From: Camelus ferus
Lineage: Eukaryota
NCBI RefSeq assembly: GCF_009834535.1
Contig: NC_045696.1
Span: 14,758,001 to 14,822,000, forward strand
DNA length: 64,000 bases
Direction: 5' to 3'
The stretch's first letter is position 1. Every line of letters starts with the position of its first letter. Position numbers and translations under genes: made by a program. Below are positions 1-12,284 of this stretch, in pieces. The notes below the pieces were generated by a model. That model was not told where the DNA came from and did no database searches. It saw nothing but the letters and a program-made list of their open reading frames with translations.

Positions 1-249
1 ATCTTAGCTGGAGATTTTCAATTTTCCCTCTTCCTCAAGTCATCCCAGCAGCTCTGAGATGTCAGCAGCATAATTCTCTGGTGGAATAAAGACAGTTTTC
101 CCATTGATGGCTCATCTTCAGTTTCCTGGCGTTTCTCTCCACTCTTGAAAAGATCTGTGTATTATACCATGAGATTATAGTGGCTTGGGTAACAGGCACT
201 TCCACTTGAGTCATTGCATGGAGGTCAGGAAAATGATGGTAACTCACTT

Positions 250-392
250 AATCCCTCAAAATGACCCCATTTTGCAGAGAAGGGAGCTGAGACACAGGGA
301 AGTTGGGGAGCTCGCTCAAGATCTGACAGTTAGTAAATGCTGGAGCTAATGCTTCCTCCCAGGCAGTCTGGTACTAGAGGCTCTGTTCATCC
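250..392 (-). mobile_element. MIR SINE fragment
   Basis: ccccattttgcagagaagggagctgagacacagggaagtt...cccaggcagtctgg matches the reverse complement of the MIR core. Confidence 0.85.
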
Positions 393-659
393 CCAGTGGT
401 CTACAGCCTTGACTGTAGAGGTTTCCAACATTCTCCATAAATGCAAAACAAAGGAAGACACTATGCCCTCAGTAAATGGAACCCAAGTCGTAGGAGGGAA
501 GAGGAATTTGGATTAAGTTAATTCACCCTGATTGAGAAAAATTATGCACAAGCTTGTATTTGTTTTATCAAAAGGAGCAAGAGTTATTAAATTAATCCTG
601 AATTGATTGCATTTCAGGCCAGCTCTACGAAGTTTAAAACACATAGGAATATTAGGCTA

Positions 660-980
660 ATAAGCTATATTTAGCAGCCATTTTTAAGACGAAAATGATC
701 AAATATCAGCTATCCTTTTTGGTTCAAGCTGATAATGTAAGATCAAGAAGGAGTTTCTTGCAGTACCCTAAAACCAGCTACAGCCAATCAGATTCACCTG
801 ATGACATGGCTGGAGGTTAAAATCTGTCCAGGCACAGGCAGAAGCCTATGGTGCTGTCTTCAAGGTCCTCAGGTGTTTTGGGGAGCTGCCGTTTTGTTGT
901 ACACACCTGCTTCATTAGCCAAGGGAGAGAGAAGTGATTATACGCCTGGAACTAGCTACCCCACCAGCAGGAGGCTGCCT
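660..980. promoter_or_regulatory. Candidate regulatory region (MEF2 site, CCAAT box, CTCF-like motif)
   Basis: CTATATTTAG (665-674) fits MEF2 YTAWWWWTAR; AGCCAATCAG at 782-791; CCAGCAGGAGGCTG at 964-977 resembles the CTCF core; no repeat recognised. Motif-only evidence. Confidence 0.3.
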
Positions 981-1452
981 TGAGAAGGGGTTTATGAGTT
1001 CTGCTTACAATGCTGAACCCTTGTTCTGATCAGAGAGACACTTCCTCAAGAGACCGCTAGCAATAAAAGCTGCTATTTGCCCAGCTATCTTACCTGATCT
1101 GTTGGAAATGCCTCCAGTGGCATGTGGATAAATTTGTAGTGAAGATTATACAGGGATGTTTGTAAATGTGTTAAAAGAGAAAAATATTTCATAATGTCTG
1201 GCCCCAAAACTGAGAGGTAGACATTCATGCATCCAGATGTTCAACACCCCAACCAGACTGTTCTGCAGTTTGTACAATGATAATCTAGCTTCAAGAGAGT
1301 AAAAAATGGTTTTGAAAGCCTGTTGAATCACCGAAGAAAAACTAAATTGTATGCCATAAGACTTAAATGCTAATTCTATTTTGAACAACAGGATTTAGGG
1401 TTTTGAGAGGATTAAATTTTCATCTACTTATTTCTGTCCCTGAATCATTCTT

Positions 1453-1562
1453 TTTTTCTTTTTAATTCTTTTTTGGTAAGGGGGAGGTAAGTAGGATTTT
1501 TAGTGGTGGTACTGAGGATTGAAAACCTAGTGCATGCTAAGCATGCACTCTACTCTCCCCCT
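1453..1562 (-). mobile_element. tRNA-Ala-derived SINE (camelid Vic-1-like), internally deleted
   Basis: Reverse complement reads ggggagag-tagagtgcatgcttagcatgcac...ttcaatcctcagtaccacc...ttacctcccc plus A-rich tail; 13-bp TSD ctgaatcattctt at 1440-1452 and 1563-1575. Confidence 0.85.
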
Positions 1563-2199
1563 CTGAATCATTCTTGATTCAAGAGCCTTTTGTTCTGTCT
1601 TTTTCCAAAGGTAACTAGATTGCAGCTGAGTATTCTGGGTATGGTTTCCTGACATCTTCTTTTGGCCTTAAGAAGACTGTCCACCCTTTATCTTGTGGAA
1701 TATGCTTCACTTTGACTACAGGCCACAATAAGGAACAGATCAAATACTAGTAGTAAACTCATAATTCCAGAATAAACTAATATCCACCCAGACGAACTTT
1801 TAAGAAAAAAAATCATAGGTACAGAGTCAAGAAAATAATCATAAGTTATGTTTTTTTATACATATACTGCTCTAGTCAGCCACTCCCTCGAGTCATGTTG
1901 GTTTCTTTTAACATTTTCTAGATGATTTCTCATGAAAAACATTCCCAGTGCTACTCGGCCAACACGACCATCTACCGAGACAACATGAGGGGCCATACAA
2001 TTTTTTATTTTTTAAATAAAGAAATAGCTCATTCCAAACATGTAATTTCTCAAGGCTTATTCAAAGTGGGGGAAGTGTTCGCTTTAGAGGAAAGTAAGGG
2101 AAAATCTCTGACTCTGCCTTTTTTTTTCCCCCCCTGCCCTGCTTTCTCTACCAAAATGAGCATGTGGTAAAGTGCTTGCTGCCAGAGACACTGGCCTTT

Positions 2200-2430
2200 T
2201 CTTCTGGTGGAAAAAGGCGCTGCTGTTTTACGGTGGCCTGGAGGCTGGGAGCAGCGTGCTGCCAGGGGCTGCTGCTTAATGGCTTCACCAAGCACGCAGC
2301 ACCAGCCGGGGAGCCCAGGGGGCGGAGTCTGCGCACCGTTTGTTTGCTCGGTAACCCGGAGCGCAGGCTCTCTGCTCTCCAGAACCTTCGTCTCTCTTTC
2401 CTCTTCCCTTCCCTCTCTTCCTCTGGTGCT
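2200..2430. promoter_or_regulatory. Small CpG-rich island with GC box; candidate promoter/enhancer
   Basis: 12 CpGs in 2217-2390 within AT-rich surroundings; GGGGGCGGAG (Sp/KLF) at 2318-2327; pyrimidine tract follows. Confidence 0.5.
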
Positions 2431-3207
2431 TCTTAATCAGAGACTTCACAACTAGTTTATCACAGGTTTCCCATTGCAGCTGGAAAGGACAGTTTTCTTG
2501 CATTTATATTAGACTTGACATACCTGGAGATGTACATACAGATGCACCAGGTTATTTTATTTAAATCCACAGATTTTTAGGCCACATTAAGAACTTTGAT
2601 TGATCTGCTGGTGAGGCAATTTTATTATGAGTATTTGCCATAAATTTAATGAGAAAATTATTTACAGGAGTGTCAGGCTCTGAAATAAATCTTGGTTCTG
2701 CTACTTAAGGATTTTGTCAACTTTTCTGGGTCACTGTTGCCACATTTGGAAAATGCAGGACTAATATAAATACAAAATGAATATGCATGAAACTGGATTA
2801 TATCTGGCACTCACACATCTTTGTTATCTGTGTGATTATAAAACTGGCTGTATGATATGCTTAATAAAAGTGGAACTATACTGTGGTTCTTTTAAAATAT
2901 TAACTAAATGCATACAAATATCTAACCCATCTAAACTCACTTCATTTTACGATGTTAAAATATTAAATGAGGACATATTTTAGCAATACTTGAAGAAGTA
3001 AAGGTTATTTTTAATTAGATTAAACTTGGAGGTTAAAATATCAAATAAATAATTTCCTAAAATTAAAAAAAAAAAATCTTAAGTGGATTTTTTTTTTTTT
3101 TGGCCCTAACTCCAAGCAATTTATATCTATAATTTGCAAACAGATTTTCAAATTTGGAAATTTATTTAAAAATCTCAGAAGCTAAGAATGTGTTTCATAT
3201 TACCAGA

Positions 3208-3365
3208 TCCTTGGTGTTCAGAATGTGATTCCAGAATCAGCAACACTGGCATCATCTGGGAGCTTGTTAGAAATATATTATTTCAGGCCCAAATCAGGAC
3301 CCAGTCCTCAGACTCTGCAAGTCCCATCGGTGATTCATATGCACGTTCTTCAACTAAGTACAATA
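3208..3365 (+). mobile_element. MER5A-type hAT-Charlie DNA transposon (MITE)
   Basis: cagcaacactggcatcatctgggagcttgttagaaat...ggtgattcatatgcacg matches recalled MER5A consensus. Confidence 0.75.
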
Positions 3366-3644
3366 TTAGAGCGTAAATGGGCACTGATTCAGCATTGCTT
3401 GAGTATAGCAAGTGATGAGAAAGTCTTCGTGTCTTGAGGCAACTCATATCATTAATGGATTATTGGAAATTTCCTTCATGCTTGTCAAAAGGATAAAAAT
3501 GTCTAGCCTTCTGTGACTTTGACTAATTTAGTTGTCTTCTTATTTCTGAGCGAAACAGTTAACCATCCTATTCAGAAAAACGGCAGTAAAGCATTTTAAG
3601 AGAAAAACAATTACAATTTCAATTAGTCTTTTTGGTTTACGGTA

Positions 3645-3870
3645 GAATAGGTAAGCTACTGCCCAGTGCCAGATCTGGCTGGCTGCCGACTTTGTAAATA
3701 AAGTTTTATAGAAACACAGCCACACCCATTTGTTTACATACTGGCTCTGGCTGTGTTACCATGGCAAAGGCAAGTAGGTGCAACAGAGACAGTGCAGCCC
3801 AGAATATCTAAAATATTTACTAATGCCCCTTGAGAGGAAAAAAAGAAAAGATTCCGAACTTGGTCTACAC
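3645..3870 (+). mobile_element. MER58A hAT-Charlie DNA transposon
   Basis: tttgtaaataaagttttatagaaacacagccacacccatttgtttacata...gcaacagagac...ctaaaatatttacta is diagnostic of MER58. Confidence 0.85.
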
Positions 3871-4314
3871 AAAGCATTGCCATTTCTCCAAATAAAATTT
3901 TTATCGAACTTCACGTGTAAGTCAGTAACTGTGCTCGAGGTTAGGGTTTCAAAAACGGAATGAGAACCTGCCTTCAAGCAGATTATCCTCAGTGTAGTCT
4001 TCCTTTTATAACTATTACTTGTGAATGTTATTTTAAATATGATGCCTAGGTTTAAACTTCAGATGAGTATAAAATAGCTGTTATCTCTATTAAGACACAA
4101 TATGTACAGAAACAAGTATCCATTCTGATTTAAATTTGCAACTTCTCTTCTTAACATCTAGTACTATTTTTGTATATTTAGCTTGTATCCAAATTTTTGA
4201 ATGACCAACATTTCTAGTTGGTAAATGCATGTGTATGTGTGTGTCTGTGAAATTCATTTTAAACCAGTTCTCTTTTATCGTATCTTTGTGGAATTATCTT
4301 TTTTTTTTAAATAA

Positions 4315-4565
4315 AAGCAAAATAGTTAAATGGAAAGAACCTGTGGAATCAGGTAGATCTAAACCTGGGATGAGGGTTAACTGTGCCCCTTGGCATTTTT
4401 CACTTTGGAGGAAAATACTTAACTTTCTAAGAAATCAGTTTCCTAATCTGTACAAAGGGAATAATGTTAGTAACTTCCTTACAGGATTTTGGAAAAGAGC
4501 AACTGAGATGGTTCCCACTTGTCTGAACTACCGCCTGGCCCTAGGAAGACTTCAATAAACACAAG
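4315..4565 (+). mobile_element. MIR SINE
   Basis: acttaactttctaagaaatcagtttcctaatctgtacaaagggaataatg core; 3' gcctggccctaggaagacttcaataaa. Confidence 0.75.
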
Positions 4566-4770
4566 TGATCTTAACATGTTCAGACATTCTTTTTTCCTAT
4601 TCTGTGTAATAACTGTGGATCTTGAATGCTAAGTCTGTTAGCTTTGGATGCCAAACTGGATGAGTTTGGTTCCTAAATATTCAATCAATTTAGCTATAAA
4701 TGTTCACTGAAAGGACCAAGAGCAGAAACTTAAAGTATATCAACTATTTATTTCTTCTAGCCGGTGATTT

Positions 4771-5266
4771 TTTTTTTTAACCTTTTGTTTTGATATGATT
4801 GTGGATTCACATACAGCTGTAAGAACTAGTAAGGAGAGGTTCTATACCTATTATCCAGTTTCACACAATGGCAACTAAGTATAGGACAGTATTACAACCA
4901 AGAAATTGGTATCCATTGACTTACTCAAGTGTCACCAGTTACATGCATTTATTTAAGTATGTGTTTATGCCTATGTTTAGTCCTACGCCCTTTTACCCCA
5001 TGTATAGATTTGTGTGATTACCCTCAGGTCAAGATACAGGATATTTTCATTGTTTGCTACTTTTTGTAGTTGCATTTACTTCCCTGCCACCCCCACTTCC
5101 TTTTTAACTCCTGAAAACCACTGATCAATTCTTCATTTCTATAAGGTTGTCATTTCAAGAATGTTGTGTAAATTAAATCACACAGTAGGTAACTTTTTGA
5201 GGTTGACTTTGAGATCTATTGAAGATGCTATGTGTATCAATAATTCATTCTTTTTTATTGCTGAGT
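4771..5266 (-). mobile_element. Ancient L1 (L1MC-like) 3' end
   Basis: Poly-T start, gattcacatacagctgtaagaa...ttcatttctataaggttgtcatttcaagaatgttgt; degenerate TSD c(c/t)ggtgattt at 4761-4770 and 5271-5280. Confidence 0.8.
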
Positions 5267-5685
5267 TAGACTGGTGATTTAAGAACACATTTTCCTCTTA
5301 TTCAGAAACTCCAGTTATTAGAGTTACTCCCCTGGGTGGTGCTCGATAAAAGGCTTTGAACCCAGCTGAACTGCTCCCTCCTAGCCCCTATTCAGGAGTA
5401 CAGCACTCCTAGACAAAACAGGATAATATCAACTGCTCTAGGCTAATTAAGATATATTTCATCTTGAAATTAAGAAACACAATGCCTACAGTATTCTCTG
5501 TTTCATAAATTTAATGACTCTCTTAAAAAGGTGGGAAAGGTTAGTTTGTCCTGACTTTTTCTTGGTCAACCCATCCCGGATCATAGTGACCTTCGTATTT
5601 CTTTCTTCAAAAAGAGGGTTCAAGGGATCATGAGAGAGGTCCTGGAAATACTCAACATTGCTCAGCAACTTGCCCAGAGCGATGC

Positions 5686-6487
5686 TCAAGATTTTGACTC
5701 CAACTACAACATGTGGGGATTTCCCCCACACCATCAAGCAAGTCTCTAGCACCAACTGGGCATCTTACAATTCAACCCAATTCTGACACTATCTGCCTGG
5801 GGGCAGCATCATAATCTACAAGGCAAGAGTCCAGTCCTACAAGACCAGCCTCCACTTTAGATGCAAGTCCAGGTTCTTATCTGTGCTTCTTATCAACTGT
5901 TTATAAATCGGAAGATTATATGACCCCCTCCTTGGGTTCAAGAAATTTGCTACAGCAGCTTACAGAACCCAAGGAAACCAGTTTACTTATATGGCCAGTT
6001 TATTACAAAGGATATCAAAGGATACAGAATCAACAGCCTGATGAAGAGATACTGTAGGGTGAAGTCCTGAACAAAGGAACCTCTGTCCTCATGGAATCCT
6101 GGGGCTGCCATGGTGGTATGCAGAAACATTCTAGTTCACCAACTTGCAAGCTCTCTGAGCCCATCCTTTTGGGGTTTTATGGAGGCTCCATTACATAATA
6201 TTGATTGATTAAATCAATGGTCATTGGCAGTTTATTCCACCTCCAGCCCCTCTTCCTTCCCCAGTGGTCAGTGGATGGGAATGAGAGTTCTAATCCTCTA
6301 ATATAAGGTTAGCTCCACTGGCAGCCAGCCTCAATCCTTAGCTAGTTTCAACAGTCACCTCAGTAAGGTAACAAAAGACAGCTTTATCACTCTCATCATA
6401 GGAAATCCCAAAGACTTTAGGAGCTTTGTGCCAGGAACCATGACTATGACCAAATAGATATTTTTTATTATAAATCACAATATTGCA
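5686..6487 (-). mobile_element. MER21-family solo LTR
   Basis: Right end reads TGcaatattgtgatttataataaaaaatatctatttggtc...gttcctggcacaaagctcctaaag on the minus strand (MER21 5' end); possible 5-bp TSD gatgc at 5681-5685 and 6488-6492. Confidence 0.8.
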
Positions 6488-7148
6488 GATGCAGAAAGCA
6501 AATTAGTACATCTAATTAGGCTCAGTAACTTAATCTATAAATGGTGGAAATAATTACTGCTTTATGAGGTTACAAGGATCAGAAAAATTAATATATATGG
6601 AACCAAATTATTGGCTAAAACTTGTAATAGAAGTATGAATATTGATATACATAGCAATAGTAGTATCTCTTCAAGAACTGTATGTGCTTACACCCCCAGC
6701 TTACCTCTGAGCCCCAAGCCAAGTCCCCCCATCCCCTGCAGGAAGGGGATTTCCTTTCCATGGTCCAGGGCTCGCCTCCCTCTTCTCCACGCCTGCCTTC
6801 GTCTATTCTTATCTCTCTGCCCTCCTCCCTTAAAGGCTGGCTGTAGAGTGACAACCTATGTCTTCAGTTTCCTCTCTTTGCCAATCCCAAAGGAATACCT
6901 AAGAACTCATGTTGTTTCAATAGTTGTAATTTATAATCAATCCCAACTGGGAAATAGGCAATAAACTACTGGCAGTATCTACAAATGTAGTTTCAAGTTT
7001 GTAGAATCTTCTGAAATTGTCTGCATTATGGATCCTAGTTCATAGTTCTTGAGTTCTTTTTGAAGCATCAAAAGGGACCCCTGTCAGGTCTGTCATCCCA
7101 GTTGTTTTATTTTCCTGATGGTACCACTTGCTACATTAAGTATCCACC

Positions 7149-7596
7149 CATTAGAGAAAACCATTGCCTGAATAGGAGTTAAATTAGTTAAAGAGGTAAA
7201 AACAGATTATGTTCAGGGATATTGTAATAGGGGAAAGCACCCTCAGTGCAGAACTGGGATGAATTTTGAATACAGCAAGAGCAAGAGGGGATTTATAGCC
7301 AAAGAGCAGATGAGGGTGAAAGTAAGGGTCAGTGAATGGAAAATGACTAAGAGGAGGCATCCAGGGTAGGAGGGAGTTCTTGCTAAACTGACCTTGCTGA
7401 AGGCAGAGCAGGGTGACCAGCTATGGCAAATGCTCAGGTACTAAGAGTTTTCTATAAGCAGATTTAGCAGGATTCTTGCTAAAACAGTCTCTGCAGGCCC
7501 AAAAAGGTTGGAAGCTAAGGTCAAAGCTTAGTGGACAAGTGGGCCCAGAGGAGCCTGACTCAGGTTTGTTTGGTCAAAGAGAGAGTCTTCATTACA
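7149..7596 (-). mobile_element. MER31-family ERV1 solo LTR
   Basis: Minus strand begins gactctctctttgaccaaac...agtcaggctcctctggg; repeated ttcttgctaaa motifs typical of MER31. Confidence 0.75.
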
Positions 7597-8029
7597 ATGC
7601 AATCTAATTGTACCCCTTGCCAGAAGCTGAGGCTGAAGAGTGAATTAGGGGAAATAATGGCCAACCTTTTGTGTCACCCAGATAATTTATAGTTCTAAAG
7701 GTCTTCAGAGTGAGGGACACCAATCTAAAAGTGATAGTGGTGTTGTTGCTTTATGATAACTCACACAAAGGCTAGAGGGTTTATTAATTATGACTTAAAA
7801 AAAAGAAAATTAACCTCCCTTTAAAAGGGTCTAATATGGATGTACTGAGCAACACAATTCATCTCTCAGAAACCTGAGCTATGAAAGAGTATTATAGTAA
7901 AGTGGCAAAGACACATAGTTTGGAGGAGTTAGCTAAATAGGATTTATCGTTTTCTAAATTATTATTGGCAGCTGGCTATCAGCACGTAGTTATATCCCCA
8001 AATTGTATGTTAACAGGCATTGAGCTGCT

Positions 8030-8195
8030 TTTTACTGATCTACTACATGCGCCAGATCCATCCTACTTATTATCTCATGACTTTTACAAGAACCAAGTTA
8101 AATAAATGCCATCTCCATCTTACAGCTGATGGTAATGAACAAAGCTGGCATTTAAATCTAGGTTTATAGACTCTGAAGGTGGTCATCTTATTTTC
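8030..8195 (-). mobile_element. MIR fragment
   Basis: atctccatcttacagctgatgg...gctggcatttaaatctaggtttatagactctgaa. Confidence 0.55.
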
Positions 8196-8204
8196 CTAGG
8201 CTGT

Positions 8205-8690
8205 CCTCTCGTCATAGATTGGGCGGCTGGACCCAGCACCTCTCTCCTCCCGTCCTCTGCACCCGTAAAGTAGCCTTGTTGTGGCAGAATGTGATTGTTC
8301 ATCTGTTTTGTTCTCATGGCTTTCGACTTGGCTGTGTGACTTGCTTTGGCCAATGGCGTGTGGGTGGAAGTATTAACGCACGGTGCTGAGCCTACGTGCT
8401 CAGAGGCTTTGTGTGCTTGTGCTTGCTCTATTATACCTCTGTCTGCCAGGCACTCTTCTGGTCCAAGAAGGATGCGAGACCCAACTGACCCAGAAACCTA
8501 CAGCGACGGGCAGAGGTGCTCACTGCCTCAGGATAAAGCGGAACCACCTAGCCCAGCCCAGACATGGTCACCCGAAACTCCAGCTGGTCTGCCCACGTGT
8601 GAGAAATAAAAACTTACCTACTATCATATGCCACTGGGATTTTGTGGATGTTTGCTGTAAAGTATTGAGAACAACAACAAAGTTATATAC
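8205..8690 (+). mobile_element. MaLR LTR (MLT1H/I-like)
   Basis: tgtgacttgctttggccaatgg...gtgagaaataaaaa...tatgccactgggattttgtggatgtttgctgt...ataca. Confidence 0.75.
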
Positions 8691-8724
8691 AAGAATTTGT
8701 ATTAGTATGTTTTATTAATATTAG

Positions 8725-8783
8725 GGATATATATATATACCCCCAACTGGTTCTGTTTCTCTGGAGAGCACTGACTAATCACA
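8725..8783 (+). mobile_element. MLT2 (ERV-L) LTR 3' tip
   Basis: atatatac...ctggttctgtttctctggagagcactgactaatcaca matches the MLT2 terminus. Confidence 0.65.
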
Positions 8784-9279
8784 TGCTTTTAAACAAAATA
8801 ATGTTTTATTCAATCAAAAGCCTTTAAAAAAAAGCCTTTGCATAATATATGTTCTCTCTCCTAATTTCAAACAAGGAAAGTCTAATAAATATTAGTTCAA
8901 CAAAAGGATATTTAATTTATTCTCCTCTCTAAAATCCACAAGAACAACCTAAAGAAAAGAAAAAATAAGGGTACAAATAATAAATCAATAAATCTAGGAA
9001 AATTCCAAATTTTCTAACATTCAGATGTAATTATCTTCAAGAGAGGAAAACTTGGACTGAATTCAGACAGGTTGTCTATCACTTATCCAAGTTCACTTGT
9101 AAAAGACTAGAAAAGCATTATGAGTTGGACAGAATTTATACATCTTTTTAGCATTTGAAACCTTTCTATTTGGGGTATTCCCCACTTATTGCAGTGGACA
9201 CTGAAGATTGACTTTCACTGTAGAAGTTAAATACAAAACAAAATCAAACAAGAAAACAAAACAAAAGAGACACTCATTT

Positions 9280-9715
9280 CTGCACACATGTATCCCCACT
9301 TCTTGCAGTTGAACATGGTCAATTAAACAAACCTGGCTCAGATTTAGAATAGGGACCTGGGGTACATAGAATTTCTACTCTAACAATGATGACATGGAAG
9401 CAACAACTCCTATATTATGGAGACTGCCATGGCCATGATGCCCATGATGGAGTTCAGTGGTTAGAGACCAGTGACCAGGGCCAGGGTCAGACGTTGGAAC
9501 AACATGATCTGCAGTATCTGGGTTTTGGTCATGGTAGTCATGATGTCCTCAATGAATTTGTCCTGGGGCACCCTTCTGCCTGACCTCTCTGGTCCCTACC
9601 TGTGTTCTCAATCTGTCTGCCACTAAATTTTCCAGCCATTCTGTGAGCTGTTCAGTATCCTCTTAATAAATTCCTTGTCTGCTAAAATTAATTTTGACAT
9701 TTACAGCTAATAATT
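9280..9715 (+). mobile_element. Old ERV-L-class LTR (LTR33/LTR41-like)
   Basis: 3' ctgtgagctgttcagtatcctcttaataaattccttgtctgctaaa resembles the ERVL LTR poly(A)/U5 region. Confidence 0.5.
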
Positions 9716-9866
9716 TTACATCTTCTCATGAATGGCGACAGAAAGAAAAAAATTTCCCTCTGTAACTGCTGTAGTTGATGTCATAATTGATGTATGCTCA
9801 ATGCACCAAAAAGCAGGAAAAACAAACAAAAAAACAAGTGAAGTGTCATTCCATAGTCTGAAAGAC

Positions 9867-10079
9867 AGGTAGTTCCCAGGGACTGGATGGTGGGTAATGG
9901 GGATTTGTTTAATAGGTATAGAGTTTTGTTTTGCAAGGTGGAAATAATTCTGGAGATTAGTTGTACAACAATGTGAATGTACTTAATATTACCAAATTGT
10001 ACACTTAAAAATGGTTAAGTGTAAATGTTATGTTATGTGTATTGTACCATTATTTTAAAAATTAAATTAGAAAAATATT
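9867..10079 (+). mobile_element. L1MB-like 3' end
   Basis: ttctggagattagttgtacaacaatgtgaatgtacttaat...gtacacttaaaaatggttaag; flanked by tgaaagac on both sides. Confidence 0.8.
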
Positions 10080-10089
10080 TGAAAGACCA

Positions 10090-11700
10090 AATTATTGTTA
10101 TTTAAAAAATATGTAATATATATTTTTTCTAGAATTAATCAACCAGAAATATGAACAACAAGGGACATAGGACAAGAGATGAAATATCTAATATAAACAG
10201 ATAACTATTCTTTAAAAAATAATAATTGGCTAGATAATATAATGAAAAAAATCCTATTTAAAATAATACCCAAAGAGTTTAAATACCTATTAAACCTGGT
10301 GAACTGATAAGGTAAAACTCGAGTAAAGCAAAAAAGAGTCCTCATTCTTATTTAGATTCATTCTTAGGTAGATGATTCACTATAGTAAAGATAGCAGTTT
10401 GTAAATTATGCAGTAAATTCAGCACCATTGCAGAAAGACTACTTACAGATGCTTCCTTTTGGAATTTGAGAAAATAATATTAACATTGTTTAAGAAACAT
10501 GAACATGCAAGGTAAATAAGAACTTTCAAAAAAAGAAGAAGAATGGAGTCTAAGTAGGCAATAAGCTATACTATAAAGCTATCAGATTAAAACATGTTAA
10601 CACCAGTGTAGATGTAAACCAGCTGACAATGAAAGAAAAAACACTGATCAGAAATAAAAACCTGTGGGAATTTAGTATGTGATAAAGATAGCATTTCAAA
10701 TAAGTGGAGAGGGAACATATTATTAAGTAAGTGATATTGAGGCATGTGATTGGACATTTCAATAAATCAAATATTTACTTGGAAAATATGAGGCCATAAA
10801 ATTGCTAGGGAAACGTAAGTAGTGAGTTAAAAAAAACCCGTAAGGGGAAACATTAATAAATATGACTACTACAGATAACAACAAACAACTTGGAATAATA
10901 ATACTATAAACAACTCCTCCCAAATGAACTGACAGCTGATAATCCAGTATCTATAACATATATCCAGGCAAAGAGCTGATTTTCTTTACCTACAAAGAGT
11001 TAATACATACAACTAGGGAGTTCATATAAACATGATTTCTAATAAATATACAAATTACTTAAACTTATGTATCACTTACTATAATATCCATAAAACATGC
11101 GATATTATTGTATAGCATCTCTGAGAACTGACAAAGATGAAAATGTCTGCTAGTCTCCCGAATCAGGAGTGTGAGAGAAGAAAACCTTTTTATACCAAGT
11201 GATGTAAAATTTTGAGAAGGAGGAGGGAAAATTGCATTATTCATCACATTAAAATTTTAAATTTTGAATACTCCCAATGCTAATTTGAGATACCCACAAA
11301 TGTACCCACACAAATTCGTCAAGTTGTAGGAATAAGGCTGTTCACCAGCATAGTCTGTATTTGCAAGGAACGCTGATCCCACCCTGTTCTCCATAACAGA
11401 AATGAATGAAAGAAACAGAAATGAATGAAAGAAACTGACATCCACATGCTGCTCCTGTTAAAAAGAGTGAAATGTATCTAAAAGATCAATTTGCTAATAT
11501 GCCAATGACATATGGTTGAAAGAATAAGAAGCTTCAGAATAATAAAAGTGTAACTTTCTGAAAAGATAGACAAAAAAATGAGAAAGCTTTGGGATTTGCA
11601 CTAGATTGACAAAAGAGTGAATTTCCTTTTTATGGTCAGTACATTTAATATTGTGTATTTTTCCCAAGGGGCTGTATTATTTTTTTCATGAAAAACGTTG
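10090..11700 (+). mobile_element. Highly decayed L1 (L1ME-like) ORF2 3' part and 3' UTR
   Basis: A-rich strand bias with remnants of L1 ORF2 3' sequence (gtatgtgataaagatagcatttcaaataagtgg; gatgtaaaatttt...ttttgaatactcccaatgc). Confidence 0.6.
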
Positions 11701-12284
11701 ATGTATGATTAATTCTTTTAAATAATCCTACAGTCACCTAATTACAGTGCCTGAGTGGTAGTCCAGCAACATGGACTGATAATCACTTGTCAATGTTTGC
11801 AACACGATTATTATAGAAAGTTTTAAAGATGGGGATATATTTGCTTTCTCTGTCTCAACGTATCATAGTCTGTCTTGTGGATCACTTGTAGAGCATTTTT
11901 TCCTCCTGTATTTCATGTGCAGTAGCTAGTACCACTTAGAGCCATTGCTCAGCAGAGCACCACTTACCTTGCTGAAAACAGAACTCATGTCATAATACAC
12001 ATACTTCCTTTGTCAATAAGTTGAACTTGTTGTTTGAGTTTGTAAGTCCACTGACAGTTATTTGTTCTTCTAGTCTTTGAATGAGATCTGAATCATCTTA
12101 CATTCTTTCCCCGCGTATGTTTTTACCACTTCTTGCTCTGGAAACAATTCTGAAAACAAACTTCTGACCATCAACATCTTTGCTTCCAGTGCCGTTATAA
12201 TATTTCTTTTTGTTGACATCTTGAACCCTTTAAGATGTCTGCAAGTAGTATATCTTTTCTTGCTGGACGTTCTTCTTCAATTTA

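Noticed and set aside
2050..2503. Five overlapping short ORFs as coding exons
   Set aside because: Expected in GC-rich DNA; no recognisable protein similarity or convincing splice framework.
12070..12220. 49-aa minus-strand ORF (MSTKRNIITALEAKMLMVR...) as a Tigger/CENP-B N-terminus
   Set aside because: Resemblance limited to a few residues; no terminal inverted repeats or downstream transposase motifs seen.
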